Below, piece after piece: positions 1-12,800 of a stretch of DNA of 64,000 nt (within the stretch, counting starts at the first letter, position 1; every line of letters starts with the position of its first letter). The notes under the pieces were generated by a model that worked only from the letters and a program-made list of their open reading frames with translations, was not told the origin of the DNA and did not search any database. The stretch covers positions 1,297 to 65,296 of the forward strand of contig JABHXF010000023.1 of assembly GCA_018657385.1 (NCBI GenBank). The letters run 5' to 3'. Source of the stretch: Candidatus Woesearchaeota archaeon. GTDB taxonomy: Archaea > Nanobdellota > Nanobdellia > Woesearchaeales > DSVV01. The position numbers were made by a program, and so were the translations under genes.

Positions 1-197
1 ACCTTTTTTCAACTCTTTTTTAATATATTCATCTAAATTTGTCATTAATTATGTCTTTTGTAACTACCGGTATTAATAATTTACTAAATTTCTCTGTTTT
101 TATTAGTGTGATGTAATAACTTTTATTGGGAAATCAGAAAGCTTTATATATATCATTTGTAAGAATTAAATACATCTATATATAAAAGGGAAATATT

Positions 198-3100
198 ATG
201 GGAAAAAAGAGGTTATTCCAATTAGGTGTAATAGTATTAATTTTGTTATTTAGTAGTTCAATTTCTTTTGGTACTAAGTTGGTTCAATCTAGTTCTCCTG
301 CTCTTGGAATTTTTAATGAATTAACAGAAGAATGTAAGGGTACCAACAGGTTATTTTTAGAGATGTTTGTTGGTTGTATAAGATATGATAATGAAGAAGG
401 TTATGTTTTGGGAATTCCTTTTTATAATTCAGAATTTTTTACTGATTTGGGTACAGGAAATGTTATTGAAGGAAAAAAACCATTACCCCCCTTAACAGGG
501 ATATGGGCAAATTATCCCAATACTTTTGCCAAAGAACCAACATTATCTATACCATATTATGACAACCCTAGTAATATAAGAAAAGCAAGAATGTATGAGG
601 CATATAGTAAGGTGTTACCTGATGGAACAACCTTTAATGGTGCTTGTAGATTATTTGCTTATTATAAACATGATTATTGCAATGATGAGGTTGTTTTTCA
701 TGAAGAAATTATAAAAGAAGATAAAACTTTTTTTTGTTCACAACCTCAACCAAAAGATACTTTTCCATGGCCAGAAGAACAATATGGTTTTGGTGAACCT
801 GTTTCAAGAGCATTAAGTTTAAAAAATCAATATCTTTATTCAGTTGATTGGGATAATGTTCCAAGTGATTGTAATAATTTAAAAGGTACTTCTAATGGTA
901 ATTCTTGTTGTGGTGACGATTATATGTGGATAATGAATAGTGTACATAACATAGATGAGACAGTAGACAAGAATATTGATGATTGGTGTTTATATAGTTA
1001 CATTGATGAAGATGAAGAAGCATTGTTTGACTTTCATGAAGATCAGTTTGGTTTTGAAGATGCAGCAGTTGGTCCACATCCATATCGGAATGGAGTTTAT
1101 TGTACTCCTCTAAGATCTATTGCTGCCGCTGGTGATATACAAGAGATTCATTATGCATATGATTCTAAATTATTACTTTATTCTCCAGATTCTGATGCTG
1201 AAGAGGACAGATTATTTAGGTATTATTATGATGATCCTGGAACAACAACAGATGTTGGATTATGGGAAGAACCAAATCTAAACCCTCGTTATTGTCATCA
1301 TTATTTTTTAGAAGGAACAGGAGATATTTTTGAATGGACAAACTCTAAACAAGCTGGAGAGATCCATTATTTTGATGTTAAGGATGATTCAAACAATGAT
1401 GGTATCTCATCATCAAACATTCCCAAGAAAGTTGACAATGATAAGAAATTTGTTTTAAATCCAAAAGCACCAGATTATATCTATGATGTCATGACTAAAA
1501 CTGATCATTTTCCTAAACTTAATGAGTATGATTCTGATGGTGATGGTATTGATTCAGATGATCTTAATATTTGTAATTTATTTTTAGATGGTGAATGGAC
1601 TGGCCATCATTGTTGTGGAAATAAGTTTGATGCTGGTGAAAATAAACAAGAAAGTTTTAATGATCCTTATGAAAATGGTAAACATTATTTCCTGGATAAA
1701 TCAGATCTTCAAGAATATGAATTTGAAATAAAAGAAGATAATCTTAAACCAAATAAAGCATGTTACAAAGGTGAGACAGCTAGTGGTGGTGAGATTGTTA
1801 ATGATCCTTATGATCCTATCTATTTTAAATCTGATAATTTAGGTAATTTTAATTGTGGTTATTTGAATGAAGGTGATATTTTAATGGGTATTTTTAATGG
1901 TGTTTCTTTGGGTGATCTTAATTTAGATGTTAAAACTTGTTGTAATATTAAATATCCTAATTTTAAGTTAAACCCAAAACAAGTTGGTACCACAGAAAAG
2001 AATGGTTTTGACTGGGATCTTTATGATTGTGGGCATGTTGCATCTTTGTTAAATGAAAAAGGTACATTAAAATATTGTGTTGATGAAGAAAGAAGGAAGG
2101 AAGAATTAATTCTCGGTAAAACTATTGATTTAGATCATATTGGTTTAAAATATACATATGATGCTCTCCAAGTTTCTACTGATTATTTATTATTTGGTTC
2201 TGTTAATGATGCACCACATCCTTTAGCATTAAAATTAAATATTGGTGACAATGGAATAAATGATAATGTTTATAACAAATGTGAATCAACATATCTAACA
2301 AAAGATTATCACATGCTAGAAGATGATTATGAAGACAACGACGTATTCTATTATTGTCATACAAATAATTCCTGGTTATCAATACCTATTTCAGACCAAC
2401 AATTAAGTAAAGGAACTAGTTCAGCACCAACACCTTTTGGTATGCTAGGAAGAATACCTCAAGAAGGAGATAAATTATATGAGGTAGATGAACCCAAAGA
2501 GATTGGTTTTGCTCATGCTAAATCTTCAGGTTGTTGTTTTGAAAATGAATGTTGGACAGGAAAAAAATGTGTTCCAAATGGTTATATTTTTGAAGACGTG
2601 GATGTAACACACACATGTAGTTATGGTGATTGGGGTGTAGGGGATCCTTCTTATAATTGGTATGATGAACAATTTGATGGAGACACTAGTGTTGCTATAG
2701 GTGTTCAATATTGTACAGATAAGTGGAGTTGTGCATGTCCTAAGGATGATAAATATTCTGCCATAACATCAGAAGAAGATGGCTGGACAATTGATGAATG
2801 TGAAAAATATACAACTCCAGGTAAATGGTGTACAAGATTCCCTTGGACATATGTTGGAGATAGATTCTGTGAAGTAACAGATCAAACAAATATAGTTGAT
2901 GCTGACACTTATGAAGAGGCAGCATGGACTACAAGAACAAAATATTTAGCAACTGCAATGTTAGATATTCCTACAACTGATAACTATGTTTTACATTGTG
3001 ATGATCCTGGAAATATATTTAATTTTTATCCACAAGCTAGCAAGTATTGGGATGAATATATTAAAGATGGGATGTTTTCAGAAAATTATAATTATGATAT

Positions 3101-4271
3101 TATGAATAATTTCTGTGTTTTATTAATTAATCCTGGAGATAATGAAGAAGTTTATGTTGGAACAACTCTTAATCCTTTATTGGATTATAGTTCAGTAACT
3201 CAAAGTCTTTATAGTGATGAATCAGAAGAAAACATAGATACAGAATGTTTTGATGATAATGGTGAAGAAGATTATTGTACTGCAACATTTGGCGATGTGG
3301 ATGCAGGTCCAACATTTGTTTGTTACAGGCCATTAGTTAGTAGTGCAGGACAATGTAAACTAAAACCTGGAAGTCAGGAAGCATGTGATGATTATTATGG
3401 TGGCTTAAATATGGGTGAACATACTTGGGAGGCTGATGATATTAATGATCCAGATACATTTGGTGTTTGTATTCCAAAGGGTCCTGATTTTATGGAAATG
3501 TTAAATGTTACTGAATACATGACTCAGATTTTGTATGGTGAAGATGATAAAAAAGGTTTAGTTAATAGTCCTTATTTATTTAATCAAGACCAAGGGGCAG
3601 ATCCAGACTTTTGTGATGAAACAGCAGAACTAACTAATTTCGCATCTAATACTGATTTTTTAATGTTTAAACAATGTGATGAAACTAATATTGCCTATAA
3701 TGACGTGGCAAAAGCAATAATCTTTACAAAAAAGGCTGGCATAGTTAATCCAATAACCTTAACTTACCAACAAGTTCATAATTCAAAATTAACAACTTAT
3801 GCAGATGAATTTAAACAATTTGTAGTGGATAATGCAGTAGAAATTCAAGATTGGGGAGAAAATATTGATTTAATGAAATCTATTAGTGACTTTGATAGGA
3901 TCTATTATTATCAAGACGCTAGTAGAAAAATATTTGGTATGTTAGAAAGAAAATCAAACCCATTACTTAGTCCATCAAGTAATGATTATGCAAATAAACT
4001 TGAATATTTTTATGCAATTAAATATGAAGGATTTGATAATCTATTCTATAATTATGATACAACTTTAGGTGAGAAAAAATGTTCTATTGTAAAAGATGAA
4101 TATGCACCATTTAAAGACATTGGTTGTTTCAGAGAAGATGCTTTATTGTTCCCAAATAATTATTTCTTAATCTCTCCACCAATGGAAAATTATTATTCAG
4201 ACAATAATGGTAATCCATACATATCAGAGTTCTGGTTTGATTTAACTGCAAAGTTAAGAGTAATAAAATGA
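198..4271 (+). CDS. Large secreted Cys/Asp-rich surface protein (1357 aa), function unknown
   Basis: Sec-type N-terminus (MGKKRLFQLGVIVLILLFSSSISFG); very acidic; recurring CC motifs (CCGDD, CCGNK, CCFENECW); DxDxDG-like loop (DSDGDGIDSDD); overlaps the next gene by 4 bp. Confidence 0.8.
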   Translation: MGKKRLFQLGVIVLILLFSSSISFGTKLVQSSSPALGIFNELTEECKGTNRLFLEMFVGCIRYDNEEGYVLGIPFYNSEFFTDLGTGNVIEGKKPLPPLTGIWANYPNTFAKEPTLSIPYYDNPSNIRKARMYEAYSKVLPDGTTFNGACRLFAYYKHDYCNDEVVFHEEIIKEDKTFFCSQPQPKDTFPWPEEQYGFGEPVSRALSLKNQYLYSVDWDNVPSDCNNLKGTSNGNSCCGDDYMWIMNSVHNIDETVDKNIDDWCLYSYIDEDEEALFDFHEDQFGFEDAAVGPHPYRNGVYCTPLRSIAAAGDIQEIHYAYDSKLLLYSPDSDAEEDRLFRYYYDDPGTTTDVGLWEEPNLNPRYCHHYFLEGTGDIFEWTNSKQAGEIHYFDVKDDSNNDGISSSNIPKKVDNDKKFVLNPKAPDYIYDVMTKTDHFPKLNEYDSDGDGIDSDDLNICNLFLDGEWTGHHCCGNKFDAGENKQESFNDPYENGKHYFLDKSDLQEYEFEIKEDNLKPNKACYKGETASGGEIVNDPYDPIYFKSDNLGNFNCGYLNEGDILMGIFNGVSLGDLNLDVKTCCNIKYPNFKLNPKQVGTTEKNGFDWDLYDCGHVASLLNEKGTLKYCVDEERRKEELILGKTIDLDHIGLKYTYDALQVSTDYLLFGSVNDAPHPLALKLNIGDNGINDNVYNKCESTYLTKDYHMLEDDYEDNDVFYYCHTNNSWLSIPISDQQLSKGTSSAPTPFGMLGRIPQEGDKLYEVDEPKEIGFAHAKSSGCCFENECWTGKKCVPNGYIFEDVDVTHTCSYGDWGVGDPSYNWYDEQFDGDTSVAIGVQYCTDKWSCACPKDDKYSAITSEEDGWTIDECEKYTTPGKWCTRFPWTYVGDRFCEVTDQTNIVDADTYEEAAWTTRTKYLATAMLDIPTTDNYVLHCDDPGNIFNFYPQASKYWDEYIKDGMFSENYNYDIMNNFCVLLINPGDNEEVYVGTTLNPLLDYSSVTQSLYSDESEENIDTECFDDNGEEDYCTATFGDVDAGPTFVCYRPLVSSAGQCKLKPGSQEACDDYYGGLNMGEHTWEADDINDPDTFGVCIPKGPDFMEMLNVTEYMTQILYGEDDKKGLVNSPYLFNQDQGADPDFCDETAELTNFASNTDFLMFKQCDETNIAYNDVAKAIIFTKKAGIVNPITLTYQQVHNSKLTTYADEFKQFVVDNAVEIQDWGENIDLMKSISDFDRIYYYQDASRKIFGMLERKSNPLLSPSSNDYANKLEYFYAIKYEGFDNLFYNYDTTLGEKKCSIVKDEYAPFKDIGCFREDALLFPNNYFLISPPMENYYSDNNGNPYISEFWFDLTAKLRVIK

Positions 4272-6730
4272 AAACTAAGAAATCACAAATGGCTATTTTC
4301 ATGATTCTAGGTATAACAATTGTTATGTTAATTGGATTAGCAATGTATGGTGCAAGCAATGCTGATTCTGGGCATTTATCAACAAAACAAAAACAAATGG
4401 AAGAATTATTTATTGGCAAGGGGAAGTATACAACTTATATTCAAAGTTGTTTAGATCAAGCAACAAAAAATGCATTATACTTAGTTGGACAACAAGGTGG
4501 TGCAATTTATTCTGATTCTAACTTCGACGATGCAACACCAATTCCAGGAGGAACAAAGGCTATTGATTATCATGAAACAGATGATGGGTTAAGAATCTAT
4601 TATGGTTTAACTGCACCTCCAATACCAACAAAAACAGAAAATAAAATGTTAAAGTATCCATTTACAAATACTCTTCCTTCAGAACCATTTCTTAGTCCAG
4701 ATTCAAGTGTTTATGGTGATTCAACCCCATTTTTTGAAAATTTTCCAAATCCTTTAATTTCTTTATGTGATTATCATGGTCCTAATTCTTTAGATGGTGA
4801 AAATATTGAATGTGGTACTGGTCCTTATAGGTATGACAGCACTTTATTAACAGACCATAATAGTGTTCAAGAATATTTACAATATTACATTACACAAAAA
4901 ACAGATGAATGTATTAAATTAGAAGCTCTTCCCGAATTACAAGGTTTTGATATTGAAAAAGAAAATATTGATGTAAAAGTTACAATGGCTGCATCTACAA
5001 TAACTTCAAAATTAAGTATGAATCTTTCTATTACAGATAATCAAACTCTACCTAAAATAGAAATAAGTGATATTACTATTGAGAAGAATGTAAGATTATT
5101 AGAGATGTTTCAAATATTACAAGATATAATTCTTGAAGATTCTAGAAATATTTTCTATGACATTAAAGGCACGGATATTTGTGGTGTTTCTTCACAAGGT
5201 CCTTGCTTAAAAGCAAACATGGTTATTGAAAAAGAACAAGTTAGTCAAGGGGATGATTGGATTATAAAAATAACAGACACAGAATCTTTGTTAGATGGGA
5301 AAGAATTTACTTACCAAGTTGTTTTTGAAAACAGATATCCAGCATTAGATTATATTACTCTAGATAATGTTAAACTAAAATCTCAACTTCAAGATTATGA
5401 TGCTGTTGCAGTACAAGGCATGACTTTAATTTTAGATCCTTATGGTTATGATCCTGATGAAGATTTTCATGTGGCTGAAGGATACATGGGTGAAGGTTAT
5501 ACTTATGAATTTGTTGGTGGGTATACAGAGTATTCACCTGGTGTTAATTCTGCATGCTTATCTGGAAATGCAAATTTAAACGTATTAGTAAGTAAACTAA
5601 ATTCAAATTCTTGCAGGAAACCATCCTCTCCCCCATTTACAACAGGTAAAAAAGTTGAATGGGTCTTGGGAAAAAAAGATGCAGGTGAACATATAATTAA
5701 TGTGAAAATTTGTGATATGTTAAATCAATGTGATGAACAAGAATTAAAAATTTTAGTTGTTCCTTTACTGATTTTTGATGGGGTTCCACAACCAGGGATT
5801 ATGCCAAGTAAATATTTATATAATTCACACAAACTTGCTGGTAGTTTTATCTATGAAACAGACCCTGGAGATACAATTACTTTAGGTATTAATAATGCAA
5901 TTCCTGTTTCTTATGTTCCAACTAGTGGCCCTATTGTACTTAACAATCCTTCTCCTGTAACAGATTTGTTAGAATATGCTAATCAACAATACCAAATTAA
6001 GCAACAGCTTGGAGATGTTGATGGAAAAAGCTTTACAACTATAATTACAAATCCTGACACAGGAGTTATAATTTATTATGATGAAAATGGTCAACCAATT
6101 GCTTATTCTATCGATGATGATGAACCTATCTTGTTTCCACCAGTTACTGAACAAACAGATGAAGAAATAAGTTATTATAATCTAGCAGAAGCATTAAAAC
6201 CAGGTGTTAATGTTTATCAACAACAAGAAGCAATTGAATTAATAGAAGAAGAAGAACAAGAAACAACACAACCATTACAAGACAAACCATTGGTTGTAGT
6301 TGTTGACGGAAATGTAAATCATGGTGAACATGAAATATATTTTATTGAAAATAATAATCCTGAATATCCTCAAATTTATTTAGTTACTCCTAATTATGAT
6401 GATATCAACTTACAAAATAAAGTTCCAATGGATGATCCTATAAGAAAAATGATTGGAGACGATGATGGGAAAGCTGATGCTCTTCCAGTAAAAATGGCAA
6501 TCTTTGGTACTGGTAGTGGTTGTAAAAATAATATTTGCATTTATCATTTTAATAATAATGAATGCTCACAACATGGATCTTATTATAAAAACTATTGTTT
6601 AAAAAGTAATGGTTGTTATTATGGTTTTAGTATAAATATTAATGAAGAAGGTGATGGGCATAGCATAGAACCTGCATCAATGAAAGAAGATTCTTGTTCA
6701 GAATGCACATCAAATGGGTGTATGAATTAA
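4268..6730 (+). CDS. Large pilin-like protein with class III signal peptide (820 aa)
   Basis: N-terminus MKTKKS|QMAIFMILGITIVMLIGLAMY (basic residues, small residue, Q, hydrophobic helix); Ig/PKD-like segment NRYPALD...DPDED...GEHIINVKICD; Cys-rich C-terminus. Confidence 0.7.
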   Translation: MKTKKSQMAIFMILGITIVMLIGLAMYGASNADSGHLSTKQKQMEELFIGKGKYTTYIQSCLDQATKNALYLVGQQGGAIYSDSNFDDATPIPGGTKAIDYHETDDGLRIYYGLTAPPIPTKTENKMLKYPFTNTLPSEPFLSPDSSVYGDSTPFFENFPNPLISLCDYHGPNSLDGENIECGTGPYRYDSTLLTDHNSVQEYLQYYITQKTDECIKLEALPELQGFDIEKENIDVKVTMAASTITSKLSMNLSITDNQTLPKIEISDITIEKNVRLLEMFQILQDIILEDSRNIFYDIKGTDICGVSSQGPCLKANMVIEKEQVSQGDDWIIKITDTESLLDGKEFTYQVVFENRYPALDYITLDNVKLKSQLQDYDAVAVQGMTLILDPYGYDPDEDFHVAEGYMGEGYTYEFVGGYTEYSPGVNSACLSGNANLNVLVSKLNSNSCRKPSSPPFTTGKKVEWVLGKKDAGEHIINVKICDMLNQCDEQELKILVVPLLIFDGVPQPGIMPSKYLYNSHKLAGSFIYETDPGDTITLGINNAIPVSYVPTSGPIVLNNPSPVTDLLEYANQQYQIKQQLGDVDGKSFTTIITNPDTGVIIYYDENGQPIAYSIDDDEPILFPPVTEQTDEEISYYNLAEALKPGVNVYQQQEAIELIEEEEQETTQPLQDKPLVVVVDGNVNHGEHEIYFIENNNPEYPQIYLVTPNYDDINLQNKVPMDDPIRKMIGDDDGKADALPVKMAIFGTGSGCKNNICIYHFNNNECSQHGSYYKNYCLKSNGCYYGFSININEEGDGHSIEPASMKEDSCSECTSNGCMN

Positions 6731-6816
6731 TCTAATTATTTTTAATAACCACTATTAAATAGATATAATAGTTAGTAAAATATATAAATCAATTTAATAA
6801 ATATACTATTATTACT

Positions 6817-9800
6817 ATGAAATTTAAAAAAGGGTTGATATTAATAGTATTAGTTTTAGCTATTTTAATTCCTTTTTCTTTGGCTGAACAATGTTATATT
6901 CCTAGTGCTAAGACTTGTGAAACAATTGATGAAGATTTTACTCTTGAAATGTGTGAAAATACTGTTGAAGATGGTGGTGCTGAAGGAAAAATTGCAGTTG
7001 ATGAATGTGATACTGGTTGTTGTTGTGAATTTCATCAATTAGATGATAGTTATACTGCTTCTACAGGATATTTTAAAGAAACCTGTACTGAAATTTCTAA
7101 TAATTTATTTTTTAAGGATATTCCATGGGTTACGTTATGTGAACAACAATGTCAAGAGCTAACTGATATTTTACAAGCAGAGGGTGGCTTACCAGCATGT
7201 ATGGATAGTATTGATAATGATGAAGATGGTTTAATTGATATGGCTGATATAGATTGTTTAAGCAAAGAAGATACATCTGAACATCCTTCTGCAGAAGATA
7301 CTGAATGTAGCAACACAGTTGATGAAGATGGTGATGGGTTATTAGATTATTTTGGATTATATGAAGACGGTGGTAGCTATTCTGATTATTTGGATGCTGG
7401 AATTTTACCTGATCCATGTTGTACAAAAGAGTTTGGTGTTTCTGAACTTTGTGATTTTCCTGAATGTGATGTTGGTAATAATACTGAATTATGTACTTGT
7501 GGTGGGAATGTTTGTGGTTTCCCATGGCAAATAGAGGGTAATGAAGATTATGATTATGAAAATAAAAAAGATCTAGATCCATATAGTAAATATGTAACTG
7601 GTTCATATTGTTGTAATGGTCAATGTAGTTTTACACCTTGTGGAGATTGTATAGAAGGCCAAGAAACATTTAAAAAAACAGCAGAAGGTTTAGAAACATA
7701 TACTTGTGAATGTGATAGTGATGGTGTTTGCGCATATGGTGAACCTGTTATTACAAAGTTAGGGTTTCCTGAATATTGTATTGATTCTTTAGGTTTTGAT
7801 GGTTATGGTATGGATGAAGACGAGGATAATAAACCAAATTGTTTAGATACTGATTGTTTTGGTGTGTCATGCAGTAATGAACCTTTAAATGTAGAAAACA
7901 AATTTCCTGGTGGTTTAGTTATTCCTCCGAAAACTTGTTCATTTGATAAAAACAAATATCCTGATTATTTTAATCCAATCACAGCTAAGGAAGAACCAAT
8001 TGCATATTATGATGCTAACATAGAAACATGGGTGTGTTGTTTCCCTGACTCAAATAAAAAATCAAGAGTTAAGGATTGTAATGATGATAGTGTTCCTGAT
8101 ACTTGTGGGGAATGTGCATGTTTAAATTCACATAAAGAAGCACAACAATTAACAGTTGATCATGTTCTTGGCAAGCAACAATTAAACATTAGTTATTTCT
8201 TTGCATGTCAACATGAAGATATTAGACTTAAACTAATGAGGTGTGATAATATTCCAGCACAATGTGGTGTTGTTAATGGTGAAGTCCAATTAGAAAATAG
8301 TAATTTATTTACAGATATTAGTGATGGGTTAACATGCGATCTTCTTGATAATGGAATTGTTCAAGAAGACCAAGAAAATTGTCTAACTGAAGATGGTTTA
8401 TTACAACCTGGATTATTAACTGATTTTGTTGGGCTCTTTGATAATAATATACAAACAAAAAAACATTATACTTATATTATGAAATCAATTTATCCAGATG
8501 GTATTGTAAGTTTTTCAGATCCTGTACATATAGAAACAGGGAATAATCAAATTTGTTTTGATAATACTGGACATTTTTGTATTCGAGATGAAGATTTTCA
8601 TGAAGATTCTGCAAAATATAGGTATTATTGTGATGATAATAATGATTTACATGGTGGCCAAGATGCAGATGATGAATATATTTGTAATGATAATGAAGTT
8701 TGTGTTGAATATTTAACTGGTTCAAGTGGTAAAGAAACAACTTGTCAAACAAAAATGCCTTGTATATTCTGTGGTTCGCCATTTAACACATATGGTTTTA
8801 TAGATAATGCAATGATTGATCTTACCACATTCCCTGATGGTTTTATGGAATTAAATAAAGAAGATTTTAATCCTGATTGTACTATCTCAGAATTATGTTA
8901 TTATGATTATACAGATACAATAAAGGATGCTTATGAAGATTGTTCAAGAGTAGATAATTGTTATGATTATAGGTCAGAAGATGCATGTCAGGGTTATGCA
9001 GGCGAACAAAATAATAAATGTTTAACTCATTCATGTACATGGAATGCCACTAAGATGGATCTTATTGATGATCTTGATGATGCTTTAAGTGGATTAGATA
9101 TTAATGTTGGCTATTGTCATGATCCAGATGAAAATGTTAAAAACTGTCAACTATGTAATAAATTATCAAATAATGAAGTATTTGCGTATTGCAGTATTGA
9201 TATGTGTCGTGGGTTTACTACAGATGACACAGATTGTTACTTTAATTCTACAATGGAATGTGATTCTTCTAATCATTTAACCTGTACAAATTATAATCAA
9301 GGTTATCCAGGCAATTTTAATAAAATTAGAACTGATTGTTTAGGTGAATATGAACAACCACTAGTCTTAGATATAATCCATGATCAGAATGATAAACCAA
9401 TTTGGGGAACAAATGCAGTAAAAGTTAAAGGAAATGATCTTCTTGGTTTTGGTGTTTGTGATTTTGATGAAAGCCAACAAAAATGTTTTAAAGATGGTAA
9501 TGATGATAATAAAACAGATCCAAAAGGAAAAAAAGGATCAGATATTACTCCACCTGTAACAGAAGTTATTGCACCTGCTAATTCAGATAAGATTGAATTA
9601 AAATTTGCAATTAATGATCCTATTGTGGATGGGAGATATCATTCTGACCCTGAGGATATTAAAACATATTATTGTTTCCCTAGTGATAATCATATTCCTG
9701 AAGTTATACAAGATGGACTTATGGAAGGTAATTTACCTGGGTATTCAGATTTTGAAAGTTATAATTATGATGGCGATGGATTTTTAACTGAAAAAGAATT

Positions 9801-12800
9801 AGGTGAATGTTATCCTAATAACTTATACAAACCAGATGAAGACCCATTAATTCCAAATGGTAATGGTTATCACAAAGTATTTTACTATTCAATTGATGAA
9901 GCAAAGAATATTGAAGAAGTTAAATCATTTTTATTTAATGTTGATATTAAACCACCTGAAATAACTATCACTCCTTATGTTACTAATGATTTATCAGCCC
10001 CTTATGATGATACACAAATTTTATTTTCAGTTGAATTAGATGAATCAGCAAAAGAATGTTATGATATCTTTGAAGATTATGTTGGTGTTAAAGAAATTAA
10101 TTATGAAGGTGGTCAATATTTCCAAGCTAAATATACAGGACTAAAAGATGCAAGTTATTTATACACTGTTGTTTGTACAGATTTCTTAGACAATACAATT
10201 AATAAATCTATTACTGTAAAAATTGATGCTGATCAGGAAATTCAATCACCTCAGCCAACAGGGGTATTAGATTATAGTCCTGTAAACTTAGAAATTATCA
10301 CATTAAAACAAGGTGATTGTAGGTTTGGCCAATCATCAACATTTGCTTTACTAACTTCATTTGGCGAACCAGAACAAATTAGTACAGGTCCTAGTTTATA
10401 CAAATACACTCATCAACTTTCATTAGAGGAACAAGGGTTACAGAAATATAGAGTTATGTGTCAATTTCCAGGGTTGTCTGGAGAAAGAGAAGATGAAATC
10501 CAATTTGTTCTAGACACAACTCCTCCTACAACTAGATTAACAGATCCAAAAGGTAATGATTTTAATACATCTCAATGGTATTCTGGAGAACATAGCGGAG
10601 ATATGGCTTATTTACAATGTGTAGATGAACCTGAGTTTGGTTTTGGTTGTGATGAATTACAAACACACTATTGTTTACAAAAAGGATCATTGAAATGTCC
10701 AACAAGATTAGAATTCCCTGGTCAAGAAAAAGATACTAGTTATCCATTATATACTCCAGTTAATATTCCTAATATTCCTGATGAACAATGGTTATGTTAT
10801 CATTCTGGAGAATTAACTGATAATAATATGGGTGGTTTAATAGAAGACAAAACTTGTGTTAAATTATTAATGGATTCTTCACAAGGTCCTGATATTAATG
10901 TACCATTATTAAAACAATATACTGATTTAACTAATCCTTTCTTTTATGGTTCTCCTGTGCTTGAACAAGGTATAACTGTTGCATTTTTATTAGAAGGGGA
11001 AGTAATTGATGGTGATGCAGCAACATCTCCTCCAGATAATAAATTAAATATTCAAGTTTATCCTTTATCTGAAGATTATTTAGTTGGTGTTGCATTATTA
11101 ACTGCCTTAACTGAAGAAATTGCACTATTAGAAGAAAACCAAGAATTTGAAATTGGTGATCTTGGTGCATCAGAATTATTTGAAGATATCCCTTCAAACA
11201 ATGCATTTTCTCAGGAAATTAATTTAATGCCTGGTCTGAATAAAATTTTATTAGAAGCAGTTGATAGATCTGGTGAATGGACAAGTAAAGAATATTATAT
11301 TATGGTTAGTCCATTTAATGGTGAGTTATTAGAAATTCTTGAACCACCTAAGGGTGTTTCCAAAGAAAAAGAATTTGATTTAATTGTAAAAACATCAGAT
11401 GATCTGCCACCACCAGAAAAATGTATGTTATCACAGAATAAAAATATAGGTTATAATTATGAAATGGAACAAATTGAACCAAGGAAATTTAAGAACCATT
11501 TTAATTTATCAGGAATGATTAGTGGTATTTATTATACTACTTTTATCAGATGTGATTTCCCTGGTGGTATATCTGATGAAACTTTTGTTGATATAATTTG
11601 GGATAATAGTGCACCTGCTATTGCAAAATTCTTTATTAATCCAAGTGATGGGAAGGAACCACCAGCTGTTGTTGAACCTCCTTTTGTAACAAACTTAACA
11701 GTTGTTACAGACGATAAAACAAGATGTAAATATTCAAAAACACCTGGGACTGATTATTTTTCAATGACCCCGTTTGATGATTATGAAACAAAAAATCTTA
11801 GTTATGTAAATGAACATAAACTAACTAATCTAATTGATGGTCAACAATATACTTATTATGTCAGGTGTGATAATGGTCCAACAGAACCAGCTTCAACTCA
11901 TATTTCTGAAGAATCAGTATTAACATTTATGGTTGATACAACTCAATTTACTGGCTTTGAATTAATTACTCCTGAAAAATTCACTAGCGACACTTCAATA
12001 GACTTTGAATTACATACTACAAAACAAGCAAGTGATTGTACTTTTGGTCCAGAAGAAGAAACAGTAGATCTTTACTTAATGGAAACTGTTGCATCTGGTG
12101 TGGATGCATTTAAAGTCCATTATGGTGGTCCAATCTCATTATTAGAAGGCGAACACACCTTTTATTTTAAATGTCTAACTTTATCAGAAGGCCATGTAAT
12201 GGATAATTACAAATTTTCAATTGATGTAACTCCACCATCACTTGCTATTAAAACAGATCCTTATACTTCTTCATTATCTACATTATCTGCGAGTTGGGAA
12301 GGTGAAGAAGAATATAGTGAAGTTGAAGAATATAATTATTCAATTGGTACTGAACCAGGTCTGGCAAATATTTATGAGTGGGATAATACTGCTGATTTAA
12401 ATGAAAAAGAAAACAATCTTAATCTTTCAAACGAAACAACTTATTATTGGAATGTAATTGCAATGAATTCTGTTGGATTATGGAGTGATATTGTAAGTAG
12501 TAATGGTACTTATGTTGATTCCACCTATAATCCTGGTTATGAAACTTTTGAAGATAATGTAGCAGTTTGCGCTAATAGTATTAAAGACTTAGGAGAAAGC
12601 GATCTTGATTGTGGTGGGAATTGTGGTAGTTGTAGTAATGGTAAAAATTGTGAAGTCAATAATGATTGTGTTAGCAGCCAATGTATTAGTGGGATTTGTG
12701 TCGGATCTTCATGTGATGATGGTATATTAAATCAACAAGAAGCAGATATTGATTGTGGTGGTCCATGTATTAGTTGTGATAATGGTATGGATTGCGATGT

